DNA of 64,000 nucleotides from Macrostomum lignano (taxonomy: Eukaryota): contig NIVC01002791.1 in assembly GCA_002269645.1 (NCBI GenBank), positions 76,080 to 140,079 on the forward strand, written 5' to 3'. The notes below the pieces were generated by a model. It was given only the letters and a program-made list of their open reading frames with translations, had not been told where the DNA came from and searched no databases. A program made the position numbers and the translations under genes. Below, in pieces: positions 1 through 9,978 of this stretch (position 1 is its first letter; each line of letters opens with the position of its first letter).

Positions 1-1807
1 ACCGGATGCTTCTGACCAGATCCATCCTGGATGACGCATCTATCCACATAGCCATCAATGTCGTTATCATGGTCCTCCTAATGCATCGGTGGCTACTTTA
101 TTAATTGTCTTGCAATTACTTTCGACGCCTTTTATGTACATGGCCGATAAAACCCTTTGTAATGGACTATTACAATTAAAGTTCTGCGCTGACTCATCTC
201 AAACTGTAAATGAGAACTCGATGGGGCCAGACAGCTATATTTATTCTGAGTTCAGGTTAAGTACCGGACAGTGCCAGTGGGAAAACAAATGTGCTATTGA
301 TATTTGTGATGAGGATGCACTTTTTTTCCAAATTTCACGCTCGAACATGGGTCCCGAACTTGTTAGCCTACTAACAGCAGGCTATGGGCTTTTTTCTCTT
401 TTTTATTCAATTTTCCTAGAATTCATGCTAGTAGAATCTTCGTAGCTATTATATGATTTTTCCATACTTGTGGTCATAATATTCAATAACATAGGCGCGG
501 CTTTCGCTACTTTTGGGGTCATAAATCATCGCTTTTGAGCTGGTCTGACTGCCACCTGCGCCTCACTCAGTGCTGAGACTGGCGCCAGATGGTCTGAGAG
601 GATGCGGGCAGTGGCTTTTTTCTCATCATTTTGACAGGCCATCAAGATTTATGAGGTCAGGGCCTATTGTTCGTGTTCACTCAAGCGTGTGACAGCTTTG
701 ACAGCTATGCGTTTTACCCCTAAAAGTACTTTGGGATTAGCGATTAGCGATTTCTCTTCACCATCTTCACTTTCTACTCAATAAGAGCTTTCTAATGTAT
801 ATTTTGTCACTAATTTTGTAATTTCTACGCGAAAAGTCATAAATCATCCTGTAGCGATTTTGAGAGATTTATGATAGCACCTGGCGTATTTTTATGGCCC
901 CGAGGGAACTGATAGGATCTTCTGGTCACGTGAGTTTGGGTGGCAACAAGCTCAGCCAATCAGAAAATCGACGTCAGTTATAACAAATCGGCTCAGCCAA
1001 TCAGAATCGAGGTGTTCCATTATAACAAATTGCGGTCCAGTTGGCGGCTATTTAAACCGGCGTTTTTGGCCCGCTCGGAACTCAACCCTCCTGCTACTTG
1101 CTCGGGTCCAGTACGCAACTTCTTGGTTCCCGGAGCCCGACCGTTGTCTCTTGATCCCCGGATTGCGACTTCCCCCCCATCATCATCAAGGACGAATTCC
1201 CCCTTGATTAAAGAGCATCACCTGCTATAGCTATATCTGCGAAGAGTGTGACATCAGCATCATCCCGGGTCTACAGCTGCGAAGCACTAAGCCGATTCGG
1301 TCACTGTGGATTACCTGGTCTCCGGCTGTTGAGTTTCTGATTGGTTGGGTGAGAGGCTGCCTAGACTTGCTTGATTGGGTGATTCCCTATCTGTCCCCTG
1401 TTTCAGTAGCTGGATTAGGCGCACACTTTTGCTCATTTTGTTCAGCAGTGCTGTTAATGAGGCAGATATCATTCAATAATACTGTTAGTAGTCTGAAACT
1501 CCAATTCAATCTGAAATGTGAAGTGATCTAAGGAGAAGGTCAAATCTGACAGTTATTTTTAGCGGTTTTATTTCTTTGTTCGCTGATGGCTCAGATGAGT
1601 AGCTAAGCTAGTAGACTCCAGTCACAGTGGACCAATGGCAAGGCAGTTCTCAGTCGATCAATCTATCAAATCAGTGAGCACTCTGTGCACTCTAGGGTAG
1701 CCAAGCGGCTCGGGTAATGAATCATGCGGTCTCCGATGTTCGAGTTAGCCTATCATCAGCGCTACGAGAGGCTAGTTGGCGCGTTGAAGGCTAAAAGTAC
1801 AATTCAT

Positions 1808-2290
1808 CGTATTTAGCAATGTAATAGTACATATGTAACTACCCCATAAGCTCACCAACGCACGAATCCCCTGCACAAGTCCCCTCTGTACCTGCATGGC
1901 CAATGCGATCTAGTCCCAGCAGTGTCCCTTATCATCGGCTATGACTTCGAGATAGACAGGAAAAAGACACTAGTTGGCAGGTAAGTGCAAAGCCCCTTCT
2001 AGTCGGAAGCCCGATTTCGAGAGTCCCGGTGTGGTGAGCCAGGGCGCACGGGCTGGTGGCAGCGGGTTAGTTGATCTGCGGATTAGCTAATTTCTACTTT
2101 CAAAATTCTCCCTGCTCGTCTCTCGCTGTCCCTCTCTTAGCTATAGGACCTAGACTGCTCGCCACACGATCAAGCTACCATGGGGCTGACCATCTGACAG
2201 GAGTGGGGGGCCAGGACTCTAATTGATTTATTTCTGAGACCTGAGGCCCGCGAAGTCTTCCCCAAAGGAGCCGAAAAGGCCGAAACCCAT
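1808..2290 (+). mobile_element. Possible decayed 3' end of a Penelope-like element (GIY-YIG endonuclease remnant followed by a hammerhead-like motif)
   Basis: One + frame reads C-N-S-T-Y-V...AHQRTNPLHKSPLYLHG...YDFEI...EARF with stops, resembling the CxxYVG / H..KSpl..H / EA pattern of Penelope GIY-YIG domains. GGAGCCGAAAAGGCCGAAAC follows at about 2267-2286. Confidence 0.35.
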
Positions 2291-2763
2291 CATTTGCAAT
2301 CACAGAGTTGCGCTCAGTTGCGCTTGTCAGAGTTAGTCTACCTATAAGTAGAAAGTATAGAGTGTAGCGATAAAAATAAAGCTTGCATGGCGATAAAAGA
2401 AAATATTACCGTGTGTGACGTAACTGTATCAGGTTTAAGATAGCTCGAAGAGGGACGACAAAAGCTTTAGAGGCGCCATCACCAGCCTGCACCTAGCTGT
2501 TGCAGTACGTGTATAGGTATTTATTATGCTTCCATACATATTTAAGCAAATCCGGATAATTTACTAAATAAGTCTAATAAGTTTAGCTTTTTCTAAATAA
2601 GATGTAAAGTTCACAATAACTTTCTAATTACTGTACGCTTAAGACTCGCTCAATTGGAGCATACTCGTAATGTATTGTGTCGGATGCTGGGTTCCTAGAA
2701 GGAGGTGCAAATAAATAATTAGCTATGCTTGGTTGTATTCTGGTTTGTCTATCTTTAGGAGAA

Positions 2764-3088
2764 GAGGTTGTAGCCTAGTAGTCAGAGCGTCGGACTCGCG
2801 ACTTGAAGGTCGGGGGTTCGATTCCCGATCCCACTGGAACAATTTGTGTCCGTGAGAGAGACGCTTAACTCTGCATTGCTTCAGTTCACCCAGCTGTAAA
2901 ATGGGTGCCAGCATTAGCTGGGGTAATTGAGGGTGTGTGTGGCGACCCCCCAGCCCTTGGACTGAACAGCCGTACGCAGCCTTCAGATGCGCCGCGCAAT
3001 AGCTGTGGCTGAGCTGTCGGTTGCACATCTGCCCATTGGGCAGGTGTAATCAATTATTGTTATTATTATTATTAATTAATAAATTATT
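2764..3088 (+). mobile_element. tRNA-derived SINE with CORE-like central domain and (TTA)n tail
   Basis: A-box-like TAGCCTAGTAG, B-box GGTTCGATTCC (2816-2826), central GTGTCCGTGAGAGAGACGCTTAACTC...CAGCTGTAAAATGGG resembling CORE-type SINE domains, and a 3' TTA-rich tail. Confidence 0.75.
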
Positions 3089-3288
3089 AGGAGAAACATT
3101 CTGCAATATATCCCCATTTGTTGAAGAAGATCCGTTTCTTCATATCACATTATTAAGAACTCGAACCCCTCGAAACCTTCATCTCACAACACATCAGAAA
3201 AACCCGATATTAGCTTATAAAGATTGAATTCATTTAAGCACTTTGGTTGTTTGCATCTGGGCATATTTGGCATCTCGGAATATATTCA

Positions 3289-3433
3289 TATAGACTGGCT
3301 GTTGAGGACTGAAATGAACTGAAACGCCGAGGCGCGTCAGGGACGATTTCGCAACTGTAAGTAGCATAGAAAAAAATGCGAGCGAAGCGCCGAGGCTTTT
3401 CAGTTCATTTCAGTCCGAACAGCCAGTCCATAT
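3289..3433. mobile_element. Small palindromic (MITE-like) element
   Basis: Arms of about 36 bp: ATATAGACTGGCTGTTGAGGACTGAAATGAACTGAAA (3289-3324) and its near-exact reverse complement TTTCAGTTCATTTCAGTCCGAACAGCCAGTCCATAT (3398-3433). CGCCGAGGC occurs twice internally. Confidence 0.7.
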
Positions 3434-5377
3434 TAGTGTTATGGGTAGGCTGAAGCGCGGACGCACAACGCGGTTTCACGTCCACAGAAACTGTCTATGG
3501 TTGAAAAAGCTTTAGCTATATGCTTCGTGGCGGTTTCGCAGTCCGCGGAGACTGTCTATGGTTGAAACCCAAATAGAGTTTGAAGCATTCTTCTCTTGGT
3601 GGGTGGGAGAGAAAATAAGATTTAAACAGCTTCAAGGTTCGGAATTAGCCATGTTTCACTGGGAATCAATACTAGAGGAAGATATTAGCGGTTTAGAAAT
3701 GAATGAGATTGAGTTTCTGCAGCAACTTGGACATCGTGATCCTGGTGAAGAAGTTAGTCAGTGGACCGGTGTGACCGTAAGACAGCAGGACTTGATTGAC
3801 GCAGAATTGTCCAATCCAAGCATTCTGAATAATGCCGAGCTTCTGCGGGAACTGACGGAAGAAGAGGAAGCTGCTGTGCAAGACGTCGAAGAGGCTGCCA
3901 AACGCAAATCGACCACGGATCAAACCGCTCTCCATGTGAAGCGCTTCAAAAAATATCTGGTGGACCAGAAACTGCCAGACAACATCGAAACAATGCCGAT
4001 CCGCTATCTTTGTGCCTATATACGGCTGTGGTTTGTGTCACTGAGGACTCAGGAAGGCAAGCCATACGCTGTCCGAAGTCTGGTGTGCTTCAGGGCGTCT
4101 ATTCATCGGTACGTGCTGGAGACAAGGAACGTGCGAATTATAGGTAACACCGAATTTTTGTCGTTTGAACGGACGTACAAGGCATGCCTGATGACGGCTC
4201 TGAGGGAGAAAACGTCTATTGGAAATGCGTCTACGTACTGTCCAATTGATGACTCTGACTTCCATCGGCTGCGTGTGTATTTCGACCGTACGACACCGAC
4301 GCGTCTACAATTCGAGGTTCTGTTTAAAATCGTGTATGGATTCGGCTTCAGGGGCCGTGAGTGGCTGAGGGGATTGACGAAGGCCGACGTGAGGATTGAC
4401 GAATACGATGGAGTTCGATATATCGACTTGGTGAAGGATGGTGTGGAGAAGACAGTAACGGCGGACGACCCAACCACACGAAAGTCGATCATTTTGGCCG
4501 AAACGCCGACTGACCCGAATACGTGTCCGGTTCGTGCGATGGAGATGTACCTGGCAAAAATACCAGATGACGTCGGTTGTCTGTGGCCTAAACCGCTGGA
4601 ACGAGGGTTTTCCATGGAAAGTTTCTGGTATCACAAGAGCCTTGTACTCGGCAAACACTGGCTTAATGAGTTCATGAAGAAAATGTGTGAGCTGGCGGGA
4701 CTGAGCAATCGTGCTCACACCAATCATTGCATACGCGCCTCCGTTGTAACCAACTTGATGGAGGATGGCGTCAGCGTTTCCGAGATTCAAGCCGTGACCG
4801 GTCACAAACGAGCGGAGAGCGTTGAACATTACAACAAGAGATTGAAGTTCTCCAAAAAGTCAACCTATCCCGAGCAATCAGTGGGCGACTCTCTGGCACT
4901 GCGGAACAAACCCTGGCATCGGCTGGTCAGAGCGCCAGCAACGCGGGAGCAAGTTCGACTGCTGGATGCATCGTACTGTCACAAAATACGACTGCGTTGG
5001 GCATGCCTGGGTCAATTGTAGCTAACCAGGGCGTATCGATAGGTGCCAACCAGGCGAGCGTTTTTGAGAACTGCAAATTTGAGAATTGCACATTCAACAT
5101 TACACCACGCAAACTGACAGATGTAACTATTGAGGTAACTATTGATGAACTCTCCAGCCACATATCATTTTGAGCTTCCAAGCGTTATTTACTGAATTAT
5201 TTCGTTTACTTCGTGTTTCATTCCTGTTGTGTTTGGTCTTGTGTTTGTTGGCAGTGAAATATACAGTGGCCATAAGTGATGAATTGAATATAATTGAAAT
5301 ATGCTTCAACCATAGACAGTGACGGCGGACAAATGTAGAGCGTTTCAACCCAGGCAGCCTACCCATAATGACTAATA
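3431..5377 (+). mobile_element. Crypton-type tyrosine-recombinase DNA transposon with inverted ends
   Basis: Ends TATTAGTGTTATGGGTAGGCTG (3431-3452) and CAGCCTACCCATAATGACTAATA (5355-5377) are inverted repeats with one indel and one mismatch. Subterminal CTGTCTATGGTTGAA occurs twice on the left and once inverted at about 5305-5319. The element encloses one YR ORF. Confidence 0.8.
3558..5173 (+). CDS. Tyrosine recombinase (DUF3504/Crypton family), with one frameshift near 4865
   Basis: Catalytic set in order: GFRGRE (R), EKT (K), NHCIRAS (HxxR), TGHKR (H), EHY (Y). ORF 3558-5021 goes out of frame at AAGTCAACCTATCC. The shifted frame continues LSRAISG...VFENCKFENCTFNI...HISF* to 5173, matching the FxNCTFNI-type tail of DUF3504 proteins. 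Confidence 0.85.
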
Positions 5378-5413
5378 AAAAGAATAAATATCAGTACAAA
5401 CAAATAAAACTAA

Positions 5414-6147
5414 TTAGGAAACAGTCTGCAAGCCAGTCAATCCAGATGCCAAGTCAAACAGGCCAACAAAGTGCTCAGGCTCGCCAGACATCTCCCTGTC
5501 CCACTCCTTCTGCATCTCCAGCAGCAGCTCCTGTCTGCTGAATTTCTGTCTGAACCGGATGAACTTCCTGGCCACGCACAGCAGCACTTTGGTGTCGCTG
5601 AAGCCGACCCTGCGCACAATGTCTGCGGCCTCGCCTCGCAGCTCGTCTGCCAGAATCCGCAGCAGCTGGTTGTGGTCCTGCCGGCTGTACGATGTCGGAT
5701 AGTTCGGAGGTCGCGGACTCGATCTCCGCAGCCAGTCGAGACCGCGCGAGCTCTTCAAGAAGAAGCACAGCGGGCTGAACTTGGCGTTCTCCGCCTCCGG
5801 CACGTCTCCAGCGTCCCAGTCTCTGAGGCCGAGGTCGCAGAAGAAGCACTTGACGTGGTCGGCCTCTCCAAGGTAGAAGAAGCCGCTCTCGACCATGTCC
5901 TCCGGCGACTGTCGGCCGCCTCGGCCTCTCCAGACGTCGTCCAGCTCGAAGGACCGACGGCGAGCCTCCCGACTGACGAAGGCGGGGCTGGCAGCGCTGG
6001 AGGCGAGGTAGACGGCCGCCGTCAGAGCCTCGTATTGGTCGAGGACCGACCGAGAGCGAGCCATGGGGGACAGGCGGTCTCCCAGAATTCTCGACACGTG
6101 GTACAGCGCCTGACTCGTATTCTTGGCATCTTCCTCTACTTTCGCAT
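5414..6147 (-). CDS. IAP-like copy 1: BIR (His ligand replaced by Asn) + UBA-like domain, no RING in this exon; probably a terminal exon
   Basis: RRRSF...GFFYLGEADHVKCFFCDLGLRDWDAGDVPEAENAKFSPLC (BIR), then IVRRVGFSDTKVLLCVARKF (UBA-like). Acceptor TTTCGTTCAG at 6148-6150 is in frame (phase 1). The upstream exon was not found. Confidence 0.8.
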
Positions 6148-8443
6148 CTGAACGAAAATATTTATTTTATGCACGAGCGTATACTTACGAGTTTATGCAT
6201 TTATGTATGTGAAGAAAATTTCAGCATAAGTCAATTTACAACTACATGTAAAAAATAAGTTTTAAGCCTCGGCCCCCTGGCTCCCGCGGTCCCCTTGCTC
6301 ACGCCGTTTTCGCGGCTACAGCTCATAATGAAATAATGAATGTCATTTTAGTGATTTATTAAGGTGTTAATGAACTGCTAGCATGCCAAGAGGACCATTA
6401 ATTCCTTAAACATTTCCTTGTTTTCTGAATCCTATAGTAAAAAGGGCCAGTGTTGACCCACCGAGCTTCTATGGATTGAGTTATCTTGACGACACTTGGA
6501 AGATGAATCTTTAATATGTAGCTCTCCACAGCAGAAGTAAACATTAAATAGGCTATTAGCACTCACTCCGTAGTAGCATTAATCAACCTCTTCAAGATTC
6601 AAGAAGCTTTCGACGAAGAGAAAGAGAGAAAGGCTTCTCGACCGCCCCAGGACACTACATAACTATCTCTTCTGTGTGTCTCAGCTGCGTTAAAAATTTT
6701 TTACAATATTGGCTCAACTATCGCATCATCCCGTGCAATCGTAGTATCAACAACTTAAGTGAGCATTAAATGTAGTGAAATGTTCTAACATAAGCCCAGG
6801 TTAACGAGTATTGAGTGGAATTCCTCTTGAGGAGAAAGGGGAAGAACTCCCATCACCGGAATTTCATTCTCTGAAATCCATCAGCTGAAATTCCATGACT
6901 TGAATCCTATCTTCCAAATCGTCTCTAAATCCTCTACAAAGCCTTTCAAATACCATTATATCTTGTTTTCCCTGTTTGCAAAAACTGATTGCCATTATCA
7001 ATCTGACGATCTGGGCAAGGGAAACTGCTGTCTATGGTAAAATCTCATTTACTCCAATGCATTCAGTCGATTTCACGGCCCGCTGAAAATGTCTGATGGC
7101 AAAGTCAGAAGATCGAGCGAGGGTGTGGGGGTGTGGGTGCAGAGCCCCACATTTTCACACTCTAGAGAAAGAAAAAAAGAAGAATGAAATCTAAAAAATT
7201 GTCTATGGCCAAAAATGGCTATAGCTATAACGATCTGTTCTTAGCGCTACGGTACGAGCAAATTTATTTTTTTAGTTTTTTTTGCGAAGTTAAGTACAGC
7301 TATAGTGCAGTTTAAAATATTTTTATATACTGACGCAAACTATTGTGACGCAATTTAGTGGCGAGTCAGTGTAAGCCTACAAAAAATATTCGCATATGAT
7401 ATAAATCCTTTGATCAATCCCTTTTGTTAGCACAGACGTAATTTTGTCCGTACTCGTATCTGTGCATATGCGTACTTTGACTAAAAATAGCCCAGGACGA
7501 AAGACTGCAATTGTACCTTATGACTCTACTCCTATTTTGTGATCTTCTAAATTTAGACAAGACGCGCCCTTTTTACAGTGTGGGTGAGCGAATGTGTAAG
7601 AAGTGCAAGTCGCCGGAATGTAGTGCATTTATTATTATACATTACATTTTAATACATTTTTTGTATTAAAAAATAATGTAAAATGTAATATATCATCATA
7701 CATTTTCAGTTTTCAGTTGCTGATTTTTTAGTCACTCAATCAAACAGAAGAAGCAAATCATGTTTAAACATGTTTAAAATCGTCATAAGTTTTTCTCAGC
7801 ATGTAGAATCGTTTTGCAGTTTTACGCAAAGGAGTTTTGGCAAAAAATCTGCTCATTAGCGCACAGCAACACCCCTCATATTATAAATTTATAAGACGAG
7901 ATGCGACCGCGTGATCGAATGGTTAATCATTTAAGATTCTACTCAATAGCAATTAATAAAATGTATTATCGAAAGTCAAAATTTTTACCAATTACTTTAG
8001 TAGCAATGTCAATGTGAAACTAATGGGTCTATACAATAAACTGCGGGCTTGAAAAGCGCAACTCACCCATGAAAATTAACAGGCGCGCAGCGATCAGACT
8101 CCATGGATCTGCATTTCCATATTCGATCAAAAATATTTGCTACTTTGGTATAGGGTATCGTTTGAAATTTGTGCAAGTTGCAGCCTATTTGTTCTGTTTG
8201 AAAAATAAGGTACTTTCTAATGAAAAAGCGCGTATTAATAGTACATAACGGATGTCATGTAAATAGTAACTGACGTAAGCGCTCTGTCAAAAGCACGCAT
8301 TACTTAGACGCAACGAACGATCTAAGTCTAGTACTCAGTGTGAAAATCAAAGAGGCTTCTCGATCTTGAACAAAATACGAGTCGTACATGTATTTAATTG
8401 GAGCTGACCAACTGGCATCGCGTGTATTTGCAACAGTTGTTAA

Positions 8444-8553
8444 CCACTGTTAATCCACTGTTAATCCGCTGATAATCCACTGTTAATCCACTGTTAATCC
8501 ACTGTTAATCCGCTGATAATCCGCTGATAATCCACTGTTAATCCACTGTTAAT
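8444..8553. repeat. 11-bp tandem repeat (CCACTGTTAAT)n
   Basis: About 10 direct copies are visible. Confidence 0.95.
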
Positions 8554-8596
8554 CTGCCAATCTGATCAACAGACTGAGCAGCATCACGGGAAGGTT

Positions 8597-9410
8597 GGGA
8601 GGAGGGGAAGATGGGAGGATAGGAAGATGGGAGGATGGGAAGATGGGAGGATGGGAAGATGGGAAAATGGGAGGATGGGAAAATGGGAGGATGGGAGGAT
8701 GAGAAGATGGAGGAGGGGAAGATGGGAGAATGAGAAGGTGGAGGAGGGGAAGACAGGAGGAGGGGAAGATGGGGTGAGGCTAAGATGGGAGGAGGGAAAG
8801 ATAGGAGGAGGGGAAGATGGGAGGATGGAAGATGGGAGGAGGGGAAAATGGGAGGATGGGAAAATGGGAGGATGGGAAAATGGGAGGATGGGAAAATGGG
8901 AGGATGGGAAAATGGGAGGATGGGAAAATGGGAGGAGGGGAAGATGGGAGGATGGGAAAATGGGAGGATGGGAAAATGGGAGGATGGGAAAATGGGAGGA
9001 TGGGAAAATGGGAGGATGGGAAAATGGGAGGATGGGAAAATGGGAGGATGGGAAGATGGGAGGATGGGAAGATGGGAGGAGGGGAAGATGGGAGGATGGG
9101 AAAATGGGAGGATGGGAAAATGGGAGGATGGGAAAATGGGAGGATGGGAAGATGGGAGGATGGGAAGACGGGAGGATGCACGGGAAAATGGGAGGATGGG
9201 AGGATGGGAAGATGGCAGGATGGGAAAATGAGATGAGGGGAGGATGGGAGGATGGGAAGATGAAAGGATGGGAAGATGGGAGGATGGGAAGATGGGAGGG
9301 GGAAGATGGGATCGGATGGGAAAATGAGAGGAGGGGAGGATGGGAAGATTAGAAGGTGATGGGAGGAGGGGAACATGGGAACATGGGAAGATTGGAAGAG
9401 AAGAGTTAAG
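8597..9410. repeat. Purine-rich 16-bp minisatellite (GGGAGGATGGGAAAAT)n
   Basis: Direct reading; it generates the repetitive ORFs at 8538-9425. Confidence 0.95.
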
Positions 9411-9978
9411 TGAAAACTCCAGCACAGAAGTCAGAAGTCATTTTTACTAACAAGTATACCCTACATATAAGAATTAAAAAGTAATAAATGAACAAAATGA
9501 CTTACTCAGGTGACCCTTTTTTATTTACATGTATTGGATACTTTTTTTGCCTACAGAAAATGTTATGGTAATTTCGTGTGATAAAATAAATGTACATAAG
9601 TAAAAATAAACAAAACTCTATAAGAAAGATTTTACAGTGTCATCCAACAGACACTACTTTTCAATGTACATTATTGTACGGCCTGTCAGGAATTCCGTTT
9701 CAAAGTACATCTAGTTTAGTACACACTTGTTTCAGTAGTGAAGTTTATTTTTCTAGCCGGATAGTGAATTATGTCCCGTTCAGCTACTGTTAGTAGAAAT
9801 GCGAACATACGTGGTATAAACTAAGGGAAGTTCCTGATAAGGTCAAAAGGGAAACCTACGGGATTGCCGCGGTAAGGCTGAGGTCTAGCCGGTGAAACAC
9901 CTTGGTAAGGCCGCAATAAGTTGTAAAAGCAATCTGTACGAGTAATTTGAGAACACAAAGCAACCCAGAAGTGGCAAA

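Noticed and set aside
1870-1960. Minus-strand IADD / GLVQG as RT motifs
   Set aside because: The motif order is reversed relative to RT domains; the + strand GIY-YIG reading fits better.
2764-2835. tRNA gene
   Set aside because: Anticodon and acceptor stems pair poorly, and the sequence runs into a SINE body and tail.
6400-7050. Stop-interrupted frames that look vaguely protein-like
   Set aside because: No recognisable motif on either strand; cannot be distinguished from non-coding DNA without a search.
8538-9425. Long ORFs (GGWEDGRM / PPIFPSSH repeats)
   Set aside because: They are translations of a stop-free purine minisatellite with no flanking coding context.
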